The notes under the pieces are model-generated. The model made no database searches. It was not told the origin of the DNA and saw nothing but the letters and a program-made list of their open reading frames with translations. Both the position numbers and the translations under genes were made by a program. From Chiloscyllium plagiosum (taxonomy: Eukaryota), in NCBI RefSeq assembly GCF_004010195.1, contig NC_057718.1, positions 59,569,622 through 59,633,621 of the forward strand: DNA of 64,000 nucleotides. The letters are read 5' to 3'. This document shows, piece by piece, positions 39,243 through 51,469 of this stretch. Every line of letters starts with the position of its first letter. Position 1 is the first letter of the stretch.

Positions 39243-39494
39243 TTAAAAGGCAACTCAATGTTCCTATGAGAAACTTGCTATGGCACCTGTGAATAATATA
39301 AAAGTGGAGTGTGTTCCTCATGACATCGAGATGGGCCTCACTGAATCTATAGCTTAATTCTGCAATGCATCTCACCCTAGCCTACATTGCTCGGGCCAGT
39401 ATGAAGTTTTGCCCAAGATGCAGTCAAGGTGTGCAAGTGTTTTACAAGTAGGAATCTGCAGTGGAACACAGTGAGCTCTGCCCACCACTGAAGG

Positions 39495-39693
39495 TAAGGT
39501 CACCATAGGCCTCTCAATCATTGAAGAGAGCGACAACCACTGGAGGCTTAATCTGAGAGTCACCACACCTCAGGTGAGGGGAGAGTGTGAGAATGAGAGT
39601 TTATGGTAACTTCAGCCAGTCCAGGAATTGACACCACACTATTGGTGTCACTGTACATTTGAGACCAGCTATCCAACCATCTGAGCTAACCAA
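39495..39693 (-). mobile_element. Second tRNA-derived SINE family (short)
   Basis: Minus strand GGTTAGCTCAGATGG (A box)...GTGTCAATTCC (B-like)...CCTCACCTGAGGTGTGGTGAC...CTATGGTGACCTTACC. Confidence 0.7.
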
Positions 39694-39724
39694 CGTTTCA
39701 AATGATACACTGATGATTTCATTT

Positions 39725-42700
39725 ATAGAGTCATAGAGTGATACAGCACAGAAACAGACTCTTCAGTCCCACTTGCCTGCATTTGACCCATATCCCTCTA
39801 AACCTTTCCTATTCATGTACCTGTCCAAATGTCTTTTACATATTGTAATTGAACCTGTATCTACCACTTCTGCTACCAGTTCATTCCACATACAAATGAC
39901 CCTCTGTGTGAAAATGTTACCCCTCAGGTCACCTTTAAATCTTTCTCCTCTCACATTAAAAAAACATGCTCCCTCGTTTAGAACTTCCCCATTCTGGGAA
40001 AAGGAAACTTTTGCTATTCATCTTACCTATACTCCGCATGATTTTTTTAAACCTCTACAAAGTTACTCCTCAACCTCCTGCACTCCATTAAATAAAGTCC
40101 CATCTCATCCAGCCTCTCCTTATAATTCAAACTCTCCTCTCCTGGCTACACACTGGCAAATCATTTTTGAACCCTCTCCAGTTTAGTAGCATCCTTCCAA
40201 TAGCATGATGACCAGAACAGTACACAATACTCCAAAGCTGGCCTCATGAATGACTTGGACAACCTCAACTTAGCATCCCAACTCCTATACTCAATGGTCT
40301 GAACAATGAAGGCAAGTGTACTAAATGCCTTCTTAACCATCCTGTCTACCTATGGTGTAACTTTCAAAGAACTATGTACCTGAGCCACTAGGGCTCTCTG
40401 TTTGACAATGCTACCCAAGGACCTTCTATTAACAGTATAAGGTCTGCACTTGTTTGTTTTGCCAAAATGCAACACCTCACAGTTATCCAAATTAAACTCC
40501 ATTTGCCACTTCTCAGTCACTGATCCAGTTGATCAAGATCTCTTTGCAATCTTAAATAGCATTCTTCACTGTAGACTATATCACCAATTTTGGTGTCACC
40601 CACAAACTTGCTAACCATGCCTCCTAAATTCTCATGCGAATTGTTAATATAAATGTTAAACCCTTAACATCTAGGGTTCCCTGAATTTGCTGCCCTTGCC
40701 CTTCATTCCTAGAGGAATACACTGGCCCTGAATCTTCACTATACTACTTTTAAAAGATTGCCACTTTCCAAATGTGGACTTATGTGTAGGGAGTTGCACC
40801 CAAGCTAAGTTTGTCAGATCCTGTTGAATGATATTGAAATTGGCCATCCTTCAATTTAGACACTTCACTTCTGCACTATCCTTATTCCTTTCCATAATGA
40901 CACTGAAACTTCAAGAAGGTGCAATGACATTGAAACTTCACGTCTTGGTGCAAAATGTTCTCTACGGTGCACTTTAAATAAATTCTACCTTATTGAATCC
41001 TTTCACACAAAAGCAACTCAAGAATTAGAATCTCTACAGTGTGGAAACAGGCCCTTCGGCCCAACCAGTCCACACCAACCCTCCAAAGAGTAACCTACCC
41101 AGACCCTTTCCCTACCCTATATTTGCCCCTGACTAATGCACCTAACCTACACATCCCTGAACACTATGGACAATTTAGCATGGCCAACTCACCTAACCTA
41201 CACATCTTTGGATTATGGGAGGAAACCCATGCAGAATGGGAAGAATGTGCAAACAAGACACAGACAGTTGCCCAAGGCTGGAATCAAACCTAGGTCCCTG
41301 GTGCTTTAAGGCAGCAGTACGAACTACTGAGCCACCGTGCTGCCCTATTCAAGTTAATGTTAGCAAAGTTGAAATCACCTACTACTGCAACATTATTGCT
41401 CTCATACTTCTGATTTTCCTGTATGTCTGCTTCTCTATCTCCCTCTTACTATTGGGAGGACTGGAGTATAATCCCAGCAAAGTGATCACCCCTCTTTTAT
41501 TTCTAAACTCTACCCAGATAGCCTCATTTGAAGAGTGTTCTAAGATATTTTCCCTTACTACTGCAGTAATGGTTTCGTTGATCAATAGTACAATGACTCC
41601 ACCTCTCTTATATCTCCCTCTTTCACCCCTGAAACTTTGATACCCCAGAATGTTGATCTGCCAGTCTTGTCCTATCTTCAGCCATGTCTCAGTGACTGCA
41701 ATAATATCACACATTAGTTCAAAACCTCCCCAACAGAATGAACAAACCTCCCAGCAAGGATATTAGACCCATTCCAGTTCAGGTGCAACCCTTCCAGTTT
41801 GTACAGGTCCAAGCACCCCCAGAAACTGTCCCAATGATCCAAAAGTCTAAAGCCCTTCCTCCTATACCATCCCTTTTGTCACATGTTCAACTGACCTACC
41901 TTCATTTCCTTATACGCATCAGCACATGGTACTGGAAGTAATCCAAAGATTACAACCTTAGTAGTCCTCCTCTTCAATCTACTATCTAACCCTCTAATTT
42001 CCTGTTGCAGGACCCCATTTCTTTTTTAACCATGTCATTGTACTATGACTGCTGGCTATTCTCCCTTCCTGTTCGGATGCCCTGCAGCTGCTCTGAGACA
42101 TCCTTGACCTCGGCACCAGGGAGGCAAAAACTAGTCAAAAGTCTTGCTTGCAGCCACAGAACCACGTATCATTTCCCTGTACAATTGAGTCCCCTATCAC
42201 TAAAGCTGACCCAGTCTTATCCCTCCCTGCTGTGCAGCTGAGGCACCTGTGGTGTTACAAACCTGCCTGTTACTGCTTTCCCCTAGAGGCTAACACCCCA
42301 GGGGTAGTATCCAACGTGACATATCTGGTTGAGAGGGGTTTGACCATGTGGGACTCTGTGTCCATGCCCATTAATTTTCTGGTGGTCACCCAATATTTTT
42401 CAGCCCCAAGGCTGAGTTCTCCTGCCATTGTGATCCTTACCAACTTCAAACAATATTCTCAGATCATATTACACAAACTTAGCCATTACTCACCAAATCA
42501 GATTGATCTCTCTCTCTCTCCTTCCCTAGCAAACTACAAACCCTCAAAATAGGGACTTAACACTCTCTCCCTCCCGTTACTACTCAGTCCCTAAAACTGG
42601 CTCCTAAAGAGACAATCATCTTCGCACTTCCCTGTAACATCACTCTGATTGTTTCTCCCTGTCCAGTGTAAGGTTTTTGTTCATTTTTGATTATTCACTT

Positions 42701-42900
42701 CTCCGTACAAGCTCCTTCCCCATAGGCTCCACTCTGAGCTTCTGATTCCCAGTGAGCATCTTCACAGTGTGGTTTTCCCTGTGATGTTACTGCTTGCTTT
42801 GTTCAGGGTCCCCCTGAACCTGGGCTTCAATCTATCCTGTTTAAGAAAAACGTACAAACTGAGAAACAAAAGAAAAAGCAAAACATACCTTTACCCTCGG
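39725..42900 (-). mobile_element. Long, internally deleted CR1 LINE (ORF1 esterase, APE endonuclease, RT, 3' UTR)
   Basis: ORF1 SGNH-like DHWDSFWGCLDLYKLEGLHLNWNGSNILAG (~41750-41840); APE DIIAVTETWL..GYQSFR..RGGV..AIWVE (41382-41714); RT C-terminus RGNIFTQRVICMWNEL. Confidence 0.88.
41025..41345 (-). mobile_element. HE1-type SINE nested in CR1
   Basis: Minus strand GGGCAGCACGGTGGCTCAGTAG head plus HE1 body and tail. Confidence 0.9.
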
Positions 42901-42997
42901 CACTAAACTCCCACGATGCATCAAAATCTCTGAAATACATATTCATTTGAACTATGCTTCTTTCTGGATGTGATCTCTCCTTCCTCACTCTGCAAAG

Positions 42998-43490
42998 CTT
43001 ACAGAGTGCTGTGTGCAGTTCTGGTCACCATATTGTAGAAAGAATATGATTGTATTGGATGGGGTGAGATAGGATTCACCAGAATGAAGCACCTTAGCTT
43101 TGAAGAGAGGCTGTTTTCATTCAAGTGGAGAAGATTGAAAGGGGACCTGATGGAGGTGTCTAAGATTGTGAGAGGCATAGATAGGGTGGGTGGAAAATAT
43201 CTGTTCATTAGTTGAAGGGTCAAGAACAAGGGGCATACTTTTGAAGCAGCATATTTTTTACAGGGGACTTGAAGAAACTTTTTTTCATTCAGAAGATGGT
43301 AGGATCTGGAATGCACTGAGGGTATTTGAGGCAGGTAACTTCACAACTTTTAAAAAGTACTTGATGAGGATTTGAAAACGATGGGGCTAGTGCTGAAAAG
43401 TGGTGCTAATTTAGATTGCGTGAATTTTTGGTAGGACAGATTTGATGGGCTGAAGGGTCTCTTCAATATTGTAAGATGCTATGATTCTGT
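42998..43490 (+). mobile_element. CR1 3' fragment (old)
   Basis: CCVQFWSP, RRLKGDLMEVSKIVRG, SRTRGH motifs; tail GATGGGCTGAAGGGTCT. Confidence 0.85.
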
Positions 43491-44307
43491 GAAAATGTAC
43501 ATGGGTTTCATGAAGATTTCAACTTTAAAGCATTTGAAACATTTAGCAAGATTCTTGCCACTCCACTTCTGATCGCACAAATATTTGCAGAAATTTCTAT
43601 TTCACCCCAGAATTGTTTGCTGCATTATATGCATTTGAATAATGGCAGCTGGGTCTTTAGTCTAACAATTACATCAGGTTATTTGACAAGCTATTTTGAT
43701 TTGTTGTTTATAAAATGTACTTTTAAAGGGTGCAAACAGCTTTTGTTGCCTCAAGCACTTTAAACTGTCAAAGCTCAACATTTCAGAAGAATATTATTCA
43801 CTTCTGATGATGCACCTGGCACAGGATTAAACATTAATTATAAAGATTGATGAACAATTATTAAATTATAGTCAACACAAGAGACCAACACATTATCACT
43901 TATTTATTGTTTTACTTCCCCTTTTGTTTCCTGCCCTCAGAATAATGTCAGAGGAGTTTGCGTTTTCGCTGGCACTAGCAGATCACCCATAATTCATCGA
44001 AGTGGCTGTTGCTTTTGTATGAACCTTCTCAAGGATTTTGTGGAAGTCGTTCAAGCTGAGAATCTTTTCCTGCTAATTCTGCTTTCACATGTTGCCCTGA
44101 GGTGTCCACTTCTACCAGGGATCACTGGATTAGATTTCAAAGTCATAACCAGGTTGATTTTCTTATAGGTAATCCAGGGTAACTAATATTGAATTATATG
44201 GCTGAAAATTCAATTAGACCACGATCAGATAATCAAGCTTAAGTTCCTGGAATAATTGTTCTTCTGTTTGCTTTGCCTTCTCACGATTAAAATGAAAACT
44301 TGAATAC

Positions 44308-44471
44308 AAAATTTAGGCTGACACTCCACTACAGGACTGAGGGAGTGCTGCAGAGTTGGACATATTTGTCTTTCAGACAATCTTTCAACTGAGGTCTGAG
44401 TTTCTTCTCAGGAGAACATGAAAGAGTAAAAGTGTCTTCCACGCTCTCTTGACAAATATTTATCCTTCAAC
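44308..44471 (+). mobile_element. Deu-domain SINE (SacSINE1/AmnSINE1-like), 5' half
   Basis: AGGCTGACACTCCACTACAGGACTGAGGGAGTGCTGCA...AATATTTATCCTTCAAC resembles the Deu-SINE consensus as recalled. Confidence 0.75.
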
Positions 44472-44888
44472 TTTCAGTATATTATTTAAATGGGAAAAAA
44501 AACTGCAGAATGCTGCAACACAAAGAGACTTGTGGGTGCTTGTGCACAAAGCACAGAAAGCGAGCACACAGGTGCAGCAGGTAGTCAGAAAAGTTAATGA
44601 AATGTTGGCCCTTATTTCAAGGGCTTGGAGGACAAGACTGGGGAGTAAGACAAGGTGTACAAGGCCCATCTGTAATACGACAAGCAACTTTACTCCTCTC
44701 AGTTAAGTCAAGATATTACTTCATGGGAGGCTCCTCAGAGAAGGTTCACTGGGATGTTCTCTGGTCTTATGAGCAAAGGTTAAACTGGTTGGGACTCTAC
44801 TCACTGGAGTTTAGAAAAATGAGAGTTGATCACAATGAAACATACAGGATTATTAAGGGGGATGACAGGGTAAATGCTGAAAGGATGA

Positions 44889-45198
44889 TTAGATTAGATT
44901 ACTTAGTGTGGAAACAGGCCCAACAAGTCCATACCGATCCGCTGAAGCGCAACCCATCCAGACCCATTCCCCTACATTTACCCCTTCACCTAACACTACG
45001 GGCAATTTAGAATGGCCAATTCACCTAACCTGCACATGTTTAGACTATGGGGGGAAACCGGAGCACCGGGAGGAAACCCATACAGACACGGGGAGAATGT
45101 GCAAACTCCACACAGACAGTCACCTGAGGCGGGAATTGAACCTGGGTCTCTGGAGCTGTGAGGCAGCAGTGCTAACCACTGTGCCACCATGCCACCCA
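44889..45198 (-). mobile_element. HE1-type SINE
   Basis: Full HE1 on the minus strand with (TCTAA)n tail. Confidence 0.92.
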
Positions 45199-45512
45199 CG
45201 GTGGCACTGTGGTTCTCCTCATGGGAGAGTATTTGACCAGAGGGCATGGTCTCAGAATATAGGGGTGCCAATTTAAGCCTGAGATGAGGATGATTTTTTT
45301 TCTGTCAGAGGATTGTGATTTTTGAAACTCCTTTTCACTGAGAGTCCTTGAGCATATTTAGAGCTGAGATAGAAGAGTTCTTGATCAGTAGGGGAATCAT
45401 GGGTTACAGGGAAAGGGCAGGAAAGTGGATGTGAGGAATGTTGGATATCATCACGATCCCATTGAATGGCAGAGAACGCTTGAAAGACTGAATGGCCAAC
45501 TCCTGATCCTAT

Positions 45513-46054
45513 TTATAGAGTCATAGAGATGTACATCATGGAAACAGACCCCTTGGTCCAACCTGTCCTCGCCAACCAGATATCCCAACCCAATCTAGTC
45601 CCACCTGCCAGCACCTGACCCACGTCCCTCCAAACCTTCCTATTCATATACCCATCCAAATGCCTCCTAAATGTTGCAATTGTACCAGCCTCCACCACAT
45701 CCTCTGGCAGCTCATTCCATACACATACCACTCTCTGCGTGAAAAAGTTGCCCATTAGGTCTCTTTTATATCTTCCCCCTCTCACCCTAAACGTAAATCT
45801 TTTCTGGACCCTTTCAAGTTTCACAACATATTTCCGATAGGAAGGAGACCAGAATTGCACGCAATATTCCAACAGTGGCCTAATCAATATCCTGTACAGC
45901 GGCAACATGACCTCCCACCTCCTGTACTCAATACTCTGACCAATAAAGGAAACTATGCCAAATGCCTTCTTCACTATCCTATCTACCTGCGATTCCACAT
46001 TCAAGGAGCTATGAACCTTCACTCCAAGGTCTCTTTGTTCAGCAACACTCCCTA
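45513..46054 (-). mobile_element. CR1 3' fragment with internal deletion
   Basis: ORF 45513-46022: IRPLLEYCVQFWSPSYRKYVVKLERVQKRFT|FRVRGGRYKRDLMGNFFTQRVV. Confidence 0.92.
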
Positions 46055-46074
46055 GGTCTTATGGTCTTATGGAC

Positions 46075-46268
46075 TAACATCATCAAGACAGACCATTTAG
46101 TCATTATTTTATTGCTGTTTGTAGAATCTTGTTGTGAGAAACATAACTGCTGTGTTCTCTATATTAAAAATCACTACAACATCGATTAAGCTGCAGAATG
46201 ACATCATTGGCTGTGAACTACTGAGGGACATTCTGTTAGTATGAAAGGCATTGCATCAATACAAGCTC
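46075..46268 (+). mobile_element. Deu-domain SINE, 3' half
   Basis: AACATCATCAAGACAGACCATTTAGTCATTA..ATTGCTGTTTGT...CATTGGCTGTGAA...ATGAAAGGCATTGCATCAATACAAG continues the element from 44471. Confidence 0.75.
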
Positions 46269-48917
46269 AAACGTTGTAATGAGAAAGGTAACCATTGTGT
46301 TTATCAAACTACATCAGTTGTGGGCAAGTGTAATTACAGAATGAGTATTATATAGTGCATTCCCATTGTAAAATGTGGGCAAAAGGAACTCTAATAGCAA
46401 AGTAAAAATAAGGGCAGACTGAGTGGGGTTGAAATTCTACATTGGCTCACCAAATCATCCAGAAAAATCCTCATTGATGTTCAAAAAATTCTCTGGAAGT
46501 TCAGGGTCTAAACTGAGAAACAAAATTGGATCAGCATGACTTGGTGAAGTTAGCAGAGGGTCTTTGACAATCCTCGTTTTGAAGACCTGAATATTTCAGT
46601 TGTATAGATTGCATGAATAAGAAAGAGAGGTCTACAATATGGTGGATATATCATCAATTTCTGTCATTAATTTTCGAAGAATTTCCCTCCTAATATTAAA
46701 CAAAAGAATGTCACAAACAGAAAGGAAATGTGGTATCTCACTGAAGAAGATGATCATTACCATACATACAGCGAGATCACCAGAGTCAGATCTGAAGGCA
46801 GATTACCAAGTGAATGATCTTGTAGACTTTCTGATTGACTAACTGCCTCCACAGGCTCATGTGACTTAAATTTTTAAAGCCATCCTGTAAACAGCAACCT
46901 TATCAAAATATGTAATTTAAAGTCTTTGCGGTAATAAATAAAGTGAGAAATATGTCATAATTTTTTATTCCTTTGTATAATGTTACTGCATACAATTCAA
47001 CTGAATGCACAGTCGAACTGGTCCTGAACATTTACCTTTTGCCACTGTGAGCTGTGACACAAAGTGGAGAGTGAAAGCAGTCTTGGTTGAGCTCCCTCCC
47101 CCTGATTTCCCATCATCCCCTGTGGGAAAACTTCATCCCCATTAATTATCTCCCGCTGACAGTTCAGCAGAGATCAGAGCTCTGTATTGGGGAATCATGG
47201 GTGTGAAACCATTCAAAAACATAGTGTGTTAGTAAACTAATCCTTTGCTTCACTGGGTTGTCCTGTAAAGCAATTTGATGAGTGCATTAATTTGTGTTGA
47301 TAGAATACTTTTAGCTATGACTTTCAAGAAGTATCAATCCTTTGGATCGTAAAATATCCTATATTTCTTGCAAAATACATAGATATTTCAACATGCTAAT
47401 GCTTTTGTGAAAATGTGTATTCAAGAATTTTCATAGGTTTTAACCCTTATACGTTAATAAATATTCTTGGATAAATTCCTTATAGGTTAATGAAACTTCA
47501 CCCAAATAAATCTATTAGCTGGACAGAAGTTGAATATAATTTTCAGATTTTATTTTTTAAGTGTACAATAATCTGACAGATTTCCTTCATTTGCACCACA
47601 ATTGGAGGTTAACCTTGACAGAGCACCAGATGTGCATAATTACGTTTGCAAAGTAATCTTTCAGATTCCCAAAGTCTGTCTGCTGTAACTGATATAACCC
47701 CAGAAGATTATGTCATATGCATCAGTGACTAAATGCAAATTGGCAGAGAACAGAAAATTAAAGAACTAACAAAGGGCATTCAAATACAGCAGCACAATCT
47801 TCATATACAGCTTCGTCAGCTGGATGAGATTTTAACCAGCTAGAGTTTTTGATCCTGTTGTAAGTTTTGCTCAAGGCATAGGCAGGAATATTGGATAAAC
47901 TGGGTGGTGATGCATGATTAATCTACTTCTCCCTTCCAATGATGATAACAAGCAAACGGTGTGCCGCCTGCTAATGTAAACGCTAATAATATTCAGCGCA
48001 ACACCTTAAACACATTGATTCATGACTGCGCACCTCAGCAGGAGTTCCAATTTTGTGCAAGGTTAGCACCATTTGAAGCTAGCCCACATTACTTAAAGCC
48101 AGCAAGCAAGTCCTCCAGACTGAAGCAGCAAAAGCAATGAGCGTAGAGAACCACCAAGGTCAATGCAGACAATGTCACCCCAATAATTTGGATGCAGTGC
48201 TAAAAGGGGTTTAATTGCCTCACATGAGCAGTCAAAGTCAGTGAAAATCTGTAAATGCATAACCTTATTAACACTAGCTTTGCATACTGCTCCATTCACG
48301 ACCATTCTCTAAACCCATTTACCAATACACACTTTATTCTTACAATTTAACAACTGCAGATCTCATATCCATACCTAAATTTGCACTCAATGTTAACTTT
48401 TCAACAATGCAGGCACTTCACTCAAACACGCTGTACACTCCCAATGGCACATTTCCCTCTGTCTTGCAGGTCAAGAAGGTGCTTAAGGGATGACTGCAAG
48501 ACCTAACCTGTGCCTGGTCTCATCCTGATGGAGGAGATGGTACTCGTTACATTGGAACAGCCATGATTAAGATGCAACAAACAATCATAGAAGATGATGA
48601 CATGCTCTTATCTAAATTTTCTGTATCCCCTTCATCCCATTATACCTTGTGATTGCAATATAATGGTTGAAGGATGCTCCTTTTGCTTTTGCCTGCTTCT
48701 TCATCCTAACCTTAGCCTTATTCCCTTCTCTCTTCAGATATGTGAGAACTCTGCCTCCCCAGACTGTAGTGCAGGACTGGAATGTGGAAGTGAAAGAAGT
48801 TGATAATGAAACATTGTCACTTGATCTCACCCTGAGAGGCATCATGTGTTGTTAAGGGATAACATAGAGACCTGAGGGGCATAAAGCCACAGGGGACAAG
48901 GACAGTGCACCTACCAG

Positions 48918-51050
48918 AGTTGAGAGTGTGGTGCTGGAAAAGCACAGAAATTTGAGAGGGAGAGGGTACAGTTGGAAGTGACAGTACTTCTGTTGAATAA
49001 AGGGAACTATGGAGCTATGGGGGAGGAGCTGGCCAAAGTTCAATGGTGCAATACCTTGGCTGGGATGACCGTGGAGGAACAATGGCGGATATTTCTGTGT
49101 ATAATGCAGAAGTTGCAGGATCAGTTCATTCCTAAAAGGAAGAAAGATCCCAGGAGGAGGCATGGGCGGCCATGGCTGACGAGGGAAGTTAAGAAACATA
49201 TAAAGTTAAAACAGAAAAAGTATAAAAAGATAAGTGGGAAAACTGAGGACTGGGAAGCTTTTAAAGAGCAACAGAGGATTACGCAGGGGAAAAATGAAGT
49301 ACGAAGGTAAACTGGCCAAGAATATAAAGGAGGATAGTAAAAGCTTTTTTAGGTATGTACAANNNNNNNNNNNNNNNNNNNNNNNNNNNNNNNNNNNNNN
49401 NNNNNNNNNNNNNNNNNNNNNNNNNNNNNNNNNNNNNNNNNNNNNNNNNNNNNNNNNNNNNNNNNNNNNNNNNNNNNNNNNNNNNNNNNNNNNNNNNNNN
49501 NNNNNNNNNNNNNNNNNNNNNNNNNNNNNNNNNNNNNNNNNNNNNNNNNNNNNNNNNNNNNNNNNNNNNNNNNNNNNNNNNNNNNNNNNNNNNNNNNNNN
49601 NNNNNNNNNNNNNNNNNNNNNNNNNNNNNNNNNNNNNNNNNNNNNNNNNNNNNNNNNNNNNNNNNNNNNNNNNNNNNNNNNNNNNNNNNNNNNNNNNNNN
49701 NNNNNNNNNNNNNNNNNNNNNNNNNNNNNNNNNNNNNNNNNNNNNNNNNNNNNNNNNNNNNNNNNNNNNNNNNNNNNNNNNNNNNNNNNNNNNNNNNNNN
49801 NNNNNNNNNNNNNNNNNNNNNNNNNNNNNNNNNNNNNNNNNNNNNNNNNNNNNNNNNNNNNNNNNNNNNNNNNNNNNNNNNNNNNNNNNNNNNNNNNNNN
49901 NNNNNNNNNNNNNNNNNNNNNNNNNNNNNNNNNNNNNNNNNNNNNNNNNNNNNNNNNNNNNNNNNNNNNNNNNNNNNNNNNNNNNNNNNNNNNNNNNNNN
50001 NNNNNNNNNNNNNNNNNNNNNNNNNNNNNNNNNNNNNNTGCAGTTTAATGTGGATAACTGTATGGTTATCCACTTTGGTGGCAAGAACATGAAGGCAGAT
50101 TACTACCTCAATGGAATCAATTTGGGTAAAGGGGCAATTCAGAGAGATCTGGGTGTTCTTGTACACCAGTCAATGAAGGCAAGCATGCAGGTACAGCAGG
50201 TATTGAAGAAGGCTAATAGCACGCTGGCTTTCATAATAAGAGGAATTGAGTATAGAAGCAAAGAGGTGCTTCTGCAGCTGTACAGGGCCCTGGTGAGACC
50301 ACACCTGGAGTACTGTGTGCAGTTCTGGTCTCCAAATTTGAGGAAAGACATTCTGGCTATTGAGGGAGTGCAGCGTGGGTTCATGAGGTCAATTCCTGGA
50401 ATGGTGGGATTACCTTACACTGAAAGACTGAAGTGACTGGGCTTGTAATCCTTTGAGTTTAGAAGACTGAGAGGGTATCTGATTAAGACGTATAAGATTA
50501 TGAAAGGATTGGACACTCTGGCAGCAGGAAACATGTTTCTGCTGATGGGTGAGTGCCGAACCAGAGGACATAGCTTAAAAATAAAAGACCATTTAGGACA
50601 GAGATGAGGAGAAACTTCTTCACCCAGAGAGTGGTGGCTGTGTGGAATGCTCTGCCCCAGAGGGCAGTGGAGGCCCAGTCTCTAGATTCATTTAAGAAAG
50701 AGTTGGATAGAGCTCTCAAAGATAGTGGAATCAAGGGTTATGGAGATAAGGCAGGAACAGGATACTGATTAGGAATGATCAGCCATGATCATGTTGAATG
50801 GCGGTGCAGACTCGAAGGGCTGAATAGCCTAATCCTGCACCTATTGTCTATTGTCTATTGTCACAGCAGGTCAGGCAGCATCCCAGGAGCAGGAGTATCG
50901 ACATTTCAGGCATAAGCCCTTCATCAGGACTCAGGGTTATGCTCGAAACATCGACTCTCCTGCTCCTCGGATGCTGCCTGACCTGCTGTGCTTTTCCAGC
51001 ACCACACTCTCGATTCTGATCTCCAGCATCTGCAGTCCTCACTTTCTCTT
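48918..51050. mobile_element. Inverted dimer of the pLTR/hammerhead-like element, split by a CR1
   Basis: Minus copy at 48918-48947 plus 50862-50927; plus copy at 50930-51050; TSD AGTGCACC(T/C)ACCAG at 48904-48917 and 51051-51064. Confidence 0.85.
48948..50861 (+). mobile_element. Young CR1 LINE (ORF2 fragments either side of the N gap, plus 3' UTR)
   Basis: PWLTREVK..KSFFRYV; QRDLGVLVHQS..LYRALVRPHLEYCVQFWSP; (CTATTGT)n tail; flanked by CACAG/CACAG. Confidence 0.92.
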
Positions 51051-51469
51051 AGTGCACCCACCAGTTTGTCACAGGATAAGCTTGCACAAGAATTCTGCTG
51101 CAGAATACTTGATTCAGACAAGGGATTTGATGGGGACAATGAATGACTTGGTTCATTGACTGAATGCCAACTATCCCAGTTGAAGACTAGGTGGATGTCT
51201 GCCTTCCACTTGATACTAAGCTTAATGCAGTGTCTGAAGCCCATCCTTTGCAGCATGGAACACAGCTTGGAGATGTTATCGCTCAGAATAATAATTATGT
51301 GTGGCATTCCTAAATCAATGACTATTTGGACCAGCCACTTGTCTCCTCAGATGAAAAAGCAAAGTCTGATGGGGATACTGAAGGAGCCAACACTGATGAT
51401 GAGAGGCATCTATAACATCAGGCAGAACTTGGACAGAATCCTCTTCCTTAACTCCAGTCTATGCAGCTC

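Larger units (their letters stand above)
44473..46073 (+). mobile_element. CR1 3' fragment inserted in the Deu-SINE; itself hosts an HE1 and an opposite-strand CR1
   Basis: QRDLWVLVH..QVQQVVRKVN; SYEQRLNWLGLYSLEFRKMR; tail resumes as CTTATGGTCTTATGG at ~46058-46072. Confidence 0.85.
48470..51300 (+). mobile_element. PIF/Harbinger Myb-like gene fossil (exons 2-3), interrupted at 48918-51050
   Basis: Strong acceptors at 48469 and 48737; LMEEMVL..IGTA..IEDD; VDNETLSLDLTL; after the insertion NSAAE..SLMQCLKPILCSME. Confidence 0.6.
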
